A stretch of 53,949 nucleotides of DNA from an uncultured Oscillospiraceae bacterium. Its GTDB lineage: Bacteria; Bacillota; Clostridia; Christensenellales; CAG-138. Made by a program: the position numbers and the translations under genes. The notes below the pieces were generated by a model. The model had not been told where the DNA came from and made no database searches. It saw only the letters and a list, made by a program, of their open reading frames with translations. The stretch's first letter is position 1, and each line of letters opens with the position of its first letter. Shown here piece by piece: positions 45,346 through 53,893 of this stretch. The DNA is taken from the NCBI GenBank assembly GCA_964571055.1, contig CAZNAL010000001.1, forward strand, positions 33,649 through 87,597. The letters run 5' to 3'.

Positions 45346-46314
45346 TCAGGGCTGCGCCTTTGTGTAATGCGCTATGGCGTGCATAAAACCATCCATCAAA
45401 AAAGCGGCGGCTTGTTTTCCCACTAAGGTCTCGGGGCAAGCGATGTCAAAGCCGTGAAAGCAGCCTTCAAAGAGCTTAAAGGTAACGGGAACGCCGGCAG
45501 CCTTTAGGTTATCCACATATTGGATGGTTTCGTCGCGGAACGGCTCGACGCTGCCCACAAAGGTTATAGTGGGAGGAAGGCCGCTGTAATCCGTTTCGCG
45601 GCTGGGGGCGGCGTATTTGGATACGTTGTTCGTGCCGTAATCCTCGCCAAGATACTGCCGCCACGCCGCGATGTTGGATACGGTGTTCCATAACGGCGCG
45701 TCGTTGTCCTTGGAGGATTCGGTAATCATTCTATCGTCAAGCATCGGATAGAGCGGCATTTGAAAGGCGATGGAAACGTCGCCCCGGTCGCGCGCAAGCA
45801 GGCTTATCGCCGCGGAAAGGCCGCCGCCAGCGCTGTCGCCGCCGACGAAGATCTGATCCGAGCGCACGCCGTATACGACGCTGTTTTCTTTAAGCCAAAG
45901 GAGCGCCTGATAGCAATCATCCAAGGCGGCGGGGAAGGGCGCTTCCATGGATCGCCGGTAATCCGGCATAACGACGATGCAGCCGGAGGCGAGCACAAAA
46001 CGTTCAACGAAGATGTAGTCCTGTTCGGGAATGCCGATGGCATAACCGCCGCCGTGGAACCACACGAGGCCGGGAACATCGGCGCGGCGCGCTTTCGGCG
46101 CGTATATGCACAGACGCAGCGGCGTTCCGTCCGGACGCTGCGTATAAAGCTGCTGGTATTCGATTTCCTTGGTAAAGGCGTGGCCTTTGAAGAAGGAATC
46201 CATGAATTTGTTGCAGTACGCGAATTTCTGCACCGAATATTCCGGCCAGAAGGTGCGTAAAAGCGTACCTGTGGTGCGAAGCTCTGGGTGTATCATTTCC
46301 TTGGTGATCTTCAT
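45346..46314 (-). CDS. Alpha/beta hydrolase, hormone-sensitive-lipase type esterase
   Basis: HGGGY oxyanion motif, GGDSAGGGLS nucleophile elbow and C-terminal FHGF. The ATG at 46314 has AAAGGAG 5 nt upstream. The ORF-track ATG at 46329 contains that SD within its own codons. Confidence 0.85.
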   Translation of the reverse strand: MKITKEMIHPELRTTGTLLRTFWPEYSVQKFAYCNKFMDSFFKGHAFTKEIEYQQLYTQRPDGTPLRLCIYAPKARRADVPGLVWFHGGGYAIGIPEQDYIFVERFVLASGCIVVMPDYRRSMEAPFPAALDDCYQALLWLKENSVVYGVRSDQIFVGGDSAGGGLSAAISLLARDRGDVSIAFQMPLYPMLDDRMITESSKDNDAPLWNTVSNIAAWRQYLGEDYGTNNVSKYAAPSRETDYSGLPPTITFVGSVEPFRDETIQYVDNLKAAGVPVTFKLFEGCFHGFDIACPETLVGKQAAAFLMDGFMHAIAHYTKAQP

Positions 46315-46355
46315 AGGCGCTCCTTTCAAGCAGACAAAGATACGGGCAAACGCCT

Positions 46356-46931
46356 CTATTTAATATGGAACCGTTTTTTGCATTCGCGCAAAAGCCCAAA
46401 GCCCAGCACGAAAAAGCACGCCACGAGCAACGCCAGCGACAGCGCGCCCATGACGATCAAAGACCAGCCGCTTGTTTGGCGCCAAAACAACAGCCACACG
46501 GCGGCAATCATAAAGGAGATGGCGCTTAAAACGAGCATGGGCATAACGTTTTGCTTCTGCTTATCCAAGTCCGTAAAGAACAAAACGCCCGCGACCGTAA
46601 GCCCGCCAAAGCAAACGATGGGCACGACGGTAGCGGCCCAGCCCGGCGCTAGAAGCACGTCGATGAGGATCAAGAGTATAGCCGCGTTGACGATGAGCTT
46701 GATGAATTGGCTGATGCGGTTGTATTCCACCAAATCGGTCGAAAGCCCCAGCGACCATACCAGCCATAGCGACCAAAGAACGACAACGCTCCACGCGGCG
46801 CCGCCAAGCCAAAGGTTTACGATAGGGCAGACGTATGCCGCGGCCAAGAAGGGCCATTTCGCCCAACGGATGATATCCTGCCTTTGCAGCGCGTGCTTGG
46901 TGATCGTGGGATAGGTGATCTTAATGTTCAT
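46356..46931 (-). CDS. Polytopic membrane protein (hypothetical, possibly DUF6320-type)
   Basis: About 6 hydrophobic helices. The ATG at 46931 overlaps the upstream acyltransferase stop by 11 nt. The family assignment is from memory only. Confidence 0.7.
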   Translation of the reverse strand: MNIKITYPTITKHALQRQDIIRWAKWPFLAAAYVCPIVNLWLGGAAWSVVVLWSLWLVWSLGLSTDLVEYNRISQFIKLIVNAAILLILIDVLLAPGWAATVVPIVCFGGLTVAGVLFFTDLDKQKQNVMPMLVLSAISFMIAAVWLLFWRQTSGWSLIVMGALSLALLVACFFVLGFGLLRECKKRFHIK

Positions 46932-48417
46932 ACAGCGCGCTCCCCTCAACCAGAGTCGGTATGCCGTCCTCGCAAAGAAGCCGGTACAGCCGCTCCTCGA
47001 AAGACGGGTCGATGGTCATCTTTGCGATGGAGAGCGTTGCGACGTTTCCGTACGTCACCATGGAGCAGCTTACGCGGTTGGTAATCGCGGTTCCCAATAC
47101 GAAATCCATGCTTTCGATAGAGTCCGAAAGCTCCGGTGGCATCGTTACGATACCGAGGTTGGAGAGCGTGTTGGTGATGATCTTATCGCCAAGATAACCG
47201 TATAGGATGCTGGCGACGGGGGATTTGATGAACAACGGCACATAGCGGATGGCGTTTACCATACGCTCGGCGGCGTTTGCCATCTCATCCATTGCGGGCT
47301 TGGCGGCTTTTTCCGCAAGCTGCGCCGTGATATTTTCTAAAAGCGCGTCTGCGTCTCGTATTTCGTTCACCGGAAGCTTGATACCGCAGTACATGGCGAA
47401 ATTGCGCAGCGTTGCGGAGGGGTAGAACTTTCGCATATTCACCGGTACCTGAATGCTGATGACGCCCGTGTTTTCGTCGATGGCGTAGCGGGTCGCAACG
47501 AACATGCGGGAAAGGATGTAGGCGCTTACCGTTGCGTTTCGGCTTTTCGCAGCCTCCTTGAGCTTGGAAACGTCCATTTTGAAATGCAAAAGCCGGCAGG
47601 GCCTGTGCCGCGAGAGCTTGCCGCTAAGCTGCACGGCGGGGCTGTCCATAAAACCGGAGGCGTTTTCCGTACGTTCGACCCGCGTGAACGCGTTGACGGC
47701 TTCCTCCGCGGAGGGTATTTCGGATAGATCCAGAATACCCTCGCCCTTGCAAGCGGGCGCGCCAAGAAGACGCAGGTATTCCGCCGTCAGGGTTTTTAAA
47801 AACACCATGCCGCCGGTCGCGTCCGTAAGGATATGGAAAAACTCCACGCTGACGCAGTTTTCGTAATAGAGTACGCGGAAGGAGGGGGAGCCGCTCTTGG
47901 AAATCTTCAACGGGCGGCAGGGAATATCCGTTTCCGGCAGCACGAAATAGCGCTGCTTGGAGGTATCCAAATAATGCCAGAAAAAGCCTTTCTTTACGGA
48001 TGTCGAAAAGGTTGGGAAACGCTTGATGACAAAGGTGAGCGCCATTTGCAGCAGCGCCGGGACGACAGCTTCCTTAAAATAAACGGAAAGCCGAAATACC
48101 GCCATTTGCCCGTGCTTCATGGAGATGGGATAGACCTTTGCAGCGTCGTCGAGCGCATACCACAATAACGGCGGCCTTGCGTAAAAGCCGCCTAGGTTTT
48201 CAAGCTGCAGCCGCTCCAGCGCTTCCGTGAGGCTGACGCCCGTGGAAGCATAGTAAACAAGCGCCTTTTCAAAATCCGCGCGCATTTTTGATCGATCACC
48301 GCGCGGCAAGGAGATACGACCCTCAAAAGCGGAGAAAAAAGCTGCAAGCGACGCGGCTTCATCCTCCGAAAGGGTCTTTCGGAATATTTCAAAAGCGGTT
48401 TCCTTTTTATTCTTCAT
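46921..48417 (-). CDS. Condensation-domain / alcohol-acyltransferase-like (HxxxD) acyltransferase
   Basis: The catalytic motif EFFHILTDATGG (HxxxD) sits at about residue 205 of about 498. The overall size fits the PapA5/WS-DGAT/AATase-like superfamily. The start at 48417 has a weak SD. Confidence 0.7.
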   Translation of the reverse strand: MKNKKETAFEIFRKTLSEDEAASLAAFFSAFEGRISLPRGDRSKMRADFEKALVYYASTGVSLTEALERLQLENLGGFYARPPLLWYALDDAAKVYPISMKHGQMAVFRLSVYFKEAVVPALLQMALTFVIKRFPTFSTSVKKGFFWHYLDTSKQRYFVLPETDIPCRPLKISKSGSPSFRVLYYENCVSVEFFHILTDATGGMVFLKTLTAEYLRLLGAPACKGEGILDLSEIPSAEEAVNAFTRVERTENASGFMDSPAVQLSGKLSRHRPCRLLHFKMDVSKLKEAAKSRNATVSAYILSRMFVATRYAIDENTGVISIQVPVNMRKFYPSATLRNFAMYCGIKLPVNEIRDADALLENITAQLAEKAAKPAMDEMANAAERMVNAIRYVPLFIKSPVASILYGYLGDKIITNTLSNLGIVTMPPELSDSIESMDFVLGTAITNRVSCSMVTYGNVATLSIAKMTIDPSFEERLYRLLCEDGIPTLVEGSALYEH

Positions 48418-48482
48418 CTGCTCAATAGTATATCTGATATGCGGGAAAAACACAACTTTCCGATGACCTGCCATGCGCGTTC

Positions 48483-48511
48483 TTGCGAATCATGGAAAAA
48501 CGAGATACAAT
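48483..48511 (+). promoter_or_regulatory. Sigma-A-like promoter for the fpg-like gene
   Basis: TTGCGA (48483-48488), a 17-nt spacer and TACAAT (48506-48511). Confidence 0.5.
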
Positions 48512-48565
48512 AGTGCATCATAACGCTGGGCGCGCATAAAAGCTGCGCGGGAAACGAGGAAAACG

Positions 48566-49390
48566 ATGATTGAACTACCGGAGGCTTTAACGCTTGCAGG
48601 GCAGATCAACGCGTCTGCTGCGGGGAAGGTTGTGCGTTGCGTGCATCCCCCGACGAAGGTACACAAATTCTGCTGGTTCAACGGGGACGCGGCGGATTAT
48701 GATAAGCGGATCGCCGGCAGCCGCATCGCGTCGGCGGAGGGTTTTGGCATCTATACGGAGATTGCTTTTGATAACGGGAAAAGGCTTTGCTTTAACGACG
48801 GCGTGAATCCGCGGCTGACGCGAACGGAGGAAGCGCCAAAGGATTATCAGCTGCGAATCGATTTTTCGGATGAGACGGCGCTTGTTTTTACGGTTGCGAT
48901 GTATGGCGGCATCATTTTGCACGACGGTGATTATGATAACGAGTATTATCTGAAAAGCCGGGCGTATACATCGCCCTTTACCGACGCGTTTGAAGAGAAG
49001 TTCAACGATGTGCTTGCTGCTTGCAAGCCGTCCCTTAGCGCAAAAGCGCTTATCGCGACGGAGCAGCGCTTTCCGGGCATAGGCAACGGCGTTGCGCAGG
49101 ATATTCTGTTTGCGTCGGGACTCCATCCCAAGCGCAAGCTTGCCACGATGGGAAGTAAAGAGAAGGAAAAGCTGTTGTCCTGCATCGTATCTGTATTGGG
49201 GCAGATGACGGAGCAGGGCGGAAGGGACACGGAAAAAGACCTGTACGGCGTCCCCGGCGGGTATCGAACGAGGATGTCAAAGAATGCGCTTGACGCGGGG
49301 TGTCCGGTTTGCGGCGGTACCGTCGTTAAGGAGAGCTATTTGGGCGGATCGGTGTATTATTGCCCGCACTGCCAGCCGCTTATCAAGTAG
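48566..49390 (+). CDS. Fpg/Nei family DNA glycosylase-like protein (Ile replaces the N-terminal catalytic Pro)
   Basis: The N-terminus is MIELPEA, whereas canonical members read MPELPEV. An H2TH region is present. The C-terminal zinc finger is CPVCGG...CPHCQ. GAGGAA lies upstream of the ATG. Confidence 0.85.
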   Translation: MIELPEALTLAGQINASAAGKVVRCVHPPTKVHKFCWFNGDAADYDKRIAGSRIASAEGFGIYTEIAFDNGKRLCFNDGVNPRLTRTEEAPKDYQLRIDFSDETALVFTVAMYGGIILHDGDYDNEYYLKSRAYTSPFTDAFEEKFNDVLAACKPSLSAKALIATEQRFPGIGNGVAQDILFASGLHPKRKLATMGSKEKEKLLSCIVSVLGQMTEQGGRDTEKDLYGVPGGYRTRMSKNALDAGCPVCGGTVVKESYLGGSVYYCPHCQPLIK

Positions 49391-49486
49391 CGGATAAGAA
49401 TTTGCGAGGTGAAGTTTCTTGAAGCGCTGCATTGTCTTGGCCGGGATCGTTTGGTGAAAATTCTATTATAATTAGGAGGAAGTAAA

Positions 49487-50122
49487 GTGACGATTCCGGA
49501 AAACAAAATCTATCCTCGCACGGGGGATACGCAAACGATATATTTAAAAAATGTGATTACCAACCCCAATATTACGGTGGGCGCTTACACGATGTATAAT
49601 GATTTTGTAAACGACCCCGTTCTGTTCGAAAAGAACAACGTGCTCTACCAGTATCCCATTAACCATGACAGGCTGGTGATCGGCAAATTCTGCTCCATCG
49701 CCTGCGGCGCGCGGTTTCTTTTCAACAGCGCAAACCATACGCTGGGATCTTTGTCAACCTACCCATTTCCTCTCTTTTTCGAGGAATGGGGACTGGACAA
49801 GAAAAACGTAACGGATTCTTGGGATAACAAGGGCGACATCGTGATCGGCAACGACGTATGGATAGGCTACGAGTCCGTCGTTATGGCGGGCGTTACCATT
49901 GGCGACGGCGCGATCATCGGCGCGCGCGCGCTCGTGACGAAGGACGTCCCGCCCTATACCATCGTGGGAGGGGTTCCGGCGAAAACGATCCGCAAACGTT
50001 TTGACGATGCCGCCATAGCGAAGCTTTTGCAGATGCAATGGTGGGATTGGCCGCGCGAAAAAATAGCCGCGCACATCGACGCCATACAAAGCGGCGATAT
50101 GCGCGCGCTGGAAAAAGACTAA
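49487..50122 (+). CDS. vat: Vat-family streptogramin A / xenobiotic O-acetyltransferase (hexapeptide repeat)
   Basis: The GTG start is preceded by AGGAGG. Vat/CatB-like motifs are YPINHDRLVIGKFCSIA, the hexapeptide repeats IGNDVWIGYESVVMAGVTIGDGAIIGA, and the C-terminal WWDWP. Confidence 0.88.
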   Translation: MTIPENKIYPRTGDTQTIYLKNVITNPNITVGAYTMYNDFVNDPVLFEKNNVLYQYPINHDRLVIGKFCSIACGARFLFNSANHTLGSLSTYPFPLFFEEWGLDKKNVTDSWDNKGDIVIGNDVWIGYESVVMAGVTIGDGAIIGARALVTKDVPPYTIVGGVPAKTIRKRFDDAAIAKLLQMQWWDWPREKIAAHIDAIQSGDMRALEKD

Positions 50123-50143
50123 AGGGCACGCAGACATGCCCTG

Positions 50144-50635
50144 CTACTGTTCCTTTGCGTTGCAAACGGTCACGTAGATGTGCGCGATGCAAAAGAGGAC
50201 GCCACAGCCTACGAGCAGCCAATGGCGCATCGTAACGCCGCACAGCAGGAAGATCAAGGTCGGCAGAATGGCGAGCGCCAGCGCCGGACGCATGCCGGGC
50301 TTCTTGGAAAAAACGATCCAAAACGCCCAGTAGAGCAGCAGCAGGGCAGCGTTGCCCAAAAGATAAACGACAAAGGCTTCGGCGGACGCAAAGCCAAGCT
50401 CGGCGACGCCGATGTTAAAAACCATGAGGAACATACATCCGTATCGCCCGAGCTGTTCAAGAAGGTTCATGGTTTTGCTCTGGCATTGGTTCCTTTCATC
50501 CTTGTGCTTGATAGCCCATAGGGCGTTTGGCACAAGCAACAGCGCGATAATGATAAGGCCGAACCAGTTAAGCCAACCAAAGCTGCCTGTAATAAAGATA
50601 CTTGTAGGGCCGTCCGCCCCGCCGATAATCGTCAT
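50144..50635 (-). CDS. Hypothetical membrane protein (5 TM)
   Basis: Hydrophobic throughout. The start is taken at MTIIGGADGPTSIF (ATG 50635). Confidence 0.65.
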   Translation of the reverse strand: MTIIGGADGPTSIFITGSFGWLNWFGLIIIALLLVPNALWAIKHKDERNQCQSKTMNLLEQLGRYGCMFLMVFNIGVAELGFASAEAFVVYLLGNAALLLLYWAFWIVFSKKPGMRPALALAILPTLIFLLCGVTMRHWLLVGCGVLFCIAHIYVTVCNAKEQ

Positions 50636-50725
50636 GCATATCCTCCCGTCAAACCGTCGTACCACATGTAAAACTGCCTTCCGCTAACGTTTCCATCTAT
50701 AAAAGCTCTTTTTGCGTGGATACGA

Positions 50726-50754
50726 TTACATAGCTTCATTCCTAATGGTATAAT
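50726..50754 (+). promoter_or_regulatory. Sigma-A promoter with an extended -10 element for the Ntn-hydrolase gene
   Basis: TTACAT (50726-50731), a 17-nt spacer and TGgTATAAT (TATAAT at 50749-50754). It leaves a GC-rich leader of about 123 nt. Confidence 0.55.
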
Positions 50755-50883
50755 ATGCAAAACGAAAGAACGCGTCAACCGGAAAAGCGCGGGCTCGCGT
50801 GCGCGCCAGAACGCGGATGGCGCAAAGCCATCGACTTTCCGCTGATGCGCGGCGAAGAATCGGTACGTCAGGAGGATAGCGCA

Positions 50884-51579
50884 ATGTGTACCAGTATCGT
50901 TTCCAACAGGAAGAATACCATCGTCGGATGGAATCTCGATATTTTGGATATGGAGCATCGGGTCGTTGCGGAGGAGGACAAGGTCTACATCGCCATCAAC
51001 GATAAAACGGAGGGCTGGATGCCGCTCTTTGGCGCGAACGCACGAGGCGACTTTGTGGCTATGCCTACATGCTGGCCATATGATAAAAGAAGCGATCCCA
51101 CGCGCGCGGATGACCGCAACATCATCATGCTGGATATAGACCTGCTTTTAGAAAAGCGAACGCTGGAGGAGATCCAGCAGATCGTTCAAAACGAGCCGGT
51201 TTACAGCGTTCCGGGCGTAACGTTCCAAGCGCAGCTATCGGATGGCGACGGAAACGTGCTGCAAATCGTTCCCGGGCAGGGAAACCGCTATTACAAACGC
51301 CCGGTCTATTCTGTGCTTACCAATTTTTCCCCTTTTAAGGGAGAGAGTGAAAAGCATCCATGGATGGGACTGGATCGATACGAAAAGGCGGTGGCGATGC
51401 TGGACGCGGCCAGCGATGATTTTTCGGTACGCGACTGCTTTGCGATATTGAAGGCTGCCGCGCAAACGGTATGTCCCACAGTCGTGTCCATGGTGTTCGA
51501 CGTTGGAGAAAATACTGTCTATTGGTGTGAAAATCGCGATTGGTCACAAATAGAAAGCAAAAAGATGAGACACGTATAA
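50884..51579 (+). CDS. Ntn-hydrolase superfamily protein (choloylglycine hydrolase / C45-like) with Cys2 as the nucleophile
   Basis: The ATG at 50884 is preceded by AGGAGG. The protein begins MCTSIV, and an N-terminal Cys after Met removal is the hallmark of this superfamily. At 231 aa it is shorter than classical bile salt hydrolases. Confidence 0.7.
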   Translation: MCTSIVSNRKNTIVGWNLDILDMEHRVVAEEDKVYIAINDKTEGWMPLFGANARGDFVAMPTCWPYDKRSDPTRADDRNIIMLDIDLLLEKRTLEEIQQIVQNEPVYSVPGVTFQAQLSDGDGNVLQIVPGQGNRYYKRPVYSVLTNFSPFKGESEKHPWMGLDRYEKAVAMLDAASDDFSVRDCFAILKAAAQTVCPTVVSMVFDVGENTVYWCENRDWSQIESKKMRHV

Positions 51580-51618
51580 AACGTTAACGCATATCAAAAA
51601 ACAACAGGAGGGCTTTTC

Positions 51619-52308
51619 ATGCAATACTGGCCGCTTTGCGTCGCGGGTCTTTTGATCCAGATCGCATTCATCATCGTTGAGAGTAAAAAGAAGTATTTGC
51701 CCGCCGTCATACTCAAGGGCAGCGCGTCCGTCGTGTTTGTGATTCTTGGGTTGCTGTGCGCAAAGACGGCGGCAAACGAAGAATTCGCAAAGCTCGTCAC
51801 CGTGGGTCTGCTGCTGGGCGCGCTGGGCGATATTCTGCTGAACCTGCGTTATGTGTTTGCAAAGATTGGGCAGACGATATTCCTTGCGGGCATCGCCGCG
51901 TTCCTCACCGGCCACATCCTGTATCTTGCCGCGTTGGTTGTAAAAGCAAACCGTCTCGTCCTGTGTCTGTTTGCGGGTCTTATACTTGCGACACTGCTGC
52001 TTACATGGATATTCCGTACGTTAGGCCAAATCAAGAAGTCCTTCAAGATATTCGGCGTCCTCTACATCGGCGTGATTTCCCTTATGACGGCTGTTGCAGC
52101 GGGGAATCTACTCGCCGCCCTCGGCGCTTCAGCCGATGCGACTGGAAGCCTTCTGTTCTTTATAGGCGCGGTACTCTTCCTTTTGAGCGACGTCATTATG
52201 ATATTGAATACCTTCGGTAAACAGCAGAAACAGGTGCTGCGCACTTCCAATCTGCTTTTGTATTATGCCGGGCAGCTGCTCATTGCGTTGAGTTTGCTTT
52301 TCTTTTAG
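51619..52308 (+). CDS. YhhN/lysoplasmalogenase family membrane protein
   Basis: About 8 TM helices, with LLGALGDILL and FLAGIAAFLTGHILYL motifs typical of the YhhN family (from memory). Confidence 0.65.
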   Translation: MQYWPLCVAGLLIQIAFIIVESKKKYLPAVILKGSASVVFVILGLLCAKTAANEEFAKLVTVGLLLGALGDILLNLRYVFAKIGQTIFLAGIAAFLTGHILYLAALVVKANRLVLCLFAGLILATLLLTWIFRTLGQIKKSFKIFGVLYIGVISLMTAVAAGNLLAALGASADATGSLLFFIGAVLFLLSDVIMILNTFGKQQKQVLRTSNLLLYYAGQLLIALSLLFF

Positions 52309-52388
52309 CGCGGAGTCGTTGTGTGGAAAATCGCTGCTAACATGGGTATGATTTCATATAGATACTTATGAAGGGAGCAATCGGAATC

Positions 52389-52967
52389 ATGGAATTTCGG
52401 GAACTGTCAACAGAAGAAGTTGACGACGGACTTTCGCTGGCTTGGACGGTATTTCAACAGTTCGAGGCGCCGGATTATTCTGAGCAGGGCGTACAATCCT
52501 TTTATAACGCTATCCATGATCCGGCGTTTATCGGGCGACTTTGCATGTATGGCGCGTTTGCGGAGAACCGACTCGTCGGTGTGCTGGCAACCCGGAGCGG
52601 AGGATCGCATATCGCGCTGTTCTTCGTGGATCGCGATTCGCAGCGGCAGGGTGTGGGCAAGGGGCTGTTTGCGCTGGCTTGTGCCGCCAATGCTTCTGGC
52701 AGGTTGACGGTGCATTCTTCGCCCTGTGCGGTGGAGATTTACCGACGTCTCGGCTTTTTGGAAACTGCGTCGGAGCAAATAACGGACGGTATCCGTTATA
52801 CGCCCATGACGTGTCGTTTACGCAATCCCGACTGCATATGTAAGCGGACGAAATGCTCCCGCCACGGTAACTGTGTTGCTTGCCGAGAGCATCATAGAGA
52901 CCCGAAGCAAGACCCGACTGCCTGCGAGCGTCCGGCTAAACGCGAGCGAAGGATAAGGGAGCGGTGA
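52389..52967 (+). CDS. GNAT family N-acetyltransferase with a C-terminal Cys-rich extension
   Basis: The acetyl-CoA motif is FFVDRDSQRQGVGKGLF. The C-terminal tail is CICKRTKCSRHGNCVACREHH. The start is ambiguous: ATG 52389 has AAGGGAG 11 nt upstream, and ATG 52368 is the alternative. Confidence 0.8.
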   Translation: MEFRELSTEEVDDGLSLAWTVFQQFEAPDYSEQGVQSFYNAIHDPAFIGRLCMYGAFAENRLVGVLATRSGGSHIALFFVDRDSQRQGVGKGLFALACAANASGRLTVHSSPCAVEIYRRLGFLETASEQITDGIRYTPMTCRLRNPDCICKRTKCSRHGNCVACREHHRDPKQDPTACERPAKRERRIRER

Positions 52968-53004
52968 AAAAGGCGTTCATCTTTGAACCCAAAATGAATT
53001 GAAA

Positions 53005-53234
53005 TTATGAATATTCCAAGGAGACTGCGACAAATGCGCGCCATCTTCGGCAAACGTCACGGAGTGGCTCGTCAAGGTAAGTCCATGCCTTGTCCTTGAT
53101 CCATTGCGGGATAACCGAAGGCCGTTTCGGCGATGCTGCCCGTGATGGCGGCAAGGGTATCGCTGTCGCCGCCAAGGGATATGGCGTTTCGGATAGCGTC
53201 CTTAAAAGATGTCGCCGATGATTGCACCCAGCAT
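53005..53234 (-). pseudogene. Collapsed ADP-ribosylglycohydrolase gene (internal deletion plus frameshift)
   Basis: On the minus strand, ATG 53234 gives MLGAIIGDIF and then TAA (53204-53202). The next frame reads KDAIRNAISLGGDSDTLAAITGSIAETAFG. After a further 1-nt shift it reads IPQWIKDKAWTYLDEPLRDVCRRWRAF... and ends at TAA 53007-53005. These are the N-terminal and C-terminal signatures of the ARH family with about 200 codons missing. Confidence 0.6.
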
Positions 53235-53893
53235 TATTTACGACCTCCTCTGCGGTGATAATCCTTTTCGATCTCCCCGTTCCAGTCCTCCGGCATGGCG
53301 GCGCAGGCGCGAAATGTTGCCACAGCGTCGCTCATGACCTTGAAGTTCAGCTCCACGCCTTTTTCGTCAGCATGGTAATTCTGCGCGCGGTCAGGTGCGA
53401 TGCCAAAACGGCTTGCTGTTTCCACCGCGTCGATATTCGCGCCAAGGAAGATGAACTCCCAGCCGTACTTTTCTTTCTGCCGCTCAATAAGTGCTTTGAT
53501 CTTATCGGATGAATATTCGCGGCTGCTGTTTTCTTCGCCGTCCGTGATAATGACGAACATCACACTTTCGGCACGGTATTCGTCCGCGGTGTTGCGTTGC
53601 GCGTTGCCTATCTTGTGGATGGTCTTACCGATAGCGTCGAGAAGCGCCGTCGACCCTCCTACGCGGTATTCTTTTTCTGTGATGGGGTTGACCGCACGGA
53701 TGTCGATGCGGTCATGAAGAAGCATATAGCTGTTTGCAAAAAGCACGGTGGTGATGCGGCATTCGCCGTCAACCATTTTCTGCTTTTGCAGCATGGAATT
53801 GAACCCGCCTATGGTGTCGCTTTCAAGCCCTGCCATAGAGCCGCTTTTGTCTAAGATAAATACCAGTTCCGTTAACCCTTTTTTCATCGTCAT
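53234..53893 (-). CDS. Cytoplasmic von Willebrand factor type A (vWA) domain protein
   Basis: The MIDAS motif is LVFILDKSGSMAG ... GGSTAL ... IITDGEEN. There is no signal peptide. GAGGAC lies upstream of ATG 53893. Its stop overlaps the ATG of the ARH remnant (TAATG). Confidence 0.85.
   Translation of the reverse strand: MTMKKGLTELVFILDKSGSMAGLESDTIGGFNSMLQKQKMVDGECRITTVLFANSYMLLHDRIDIRAVNPITEKEYRVGGSTALLDAIGKTIHKIGNAQRNTADEYRAESVMFVIITDGEENSSREYSSDKIKALIERQKEKYGWEFIFLGANIDAVETASRFGIAPDRAQNYHADEKGVELNFKVMSDAVATFRACAAMPEDWNGEIEKDYHRRGGRK

Noticed and set aside
50590-50635. The N-terminus MTIIGGADGPTSIF of the membrane protein at 50144-50635 recalls a motif of Na+-translocating decarboxylase beta subunits.
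   Set aside because: Only about 12 residues resemble it. The protein is 163 aa, whereas those subunits are about 375-430 aa, and no alpha, gamma or biotin-carrier genes are nearby. This is too weak to call.
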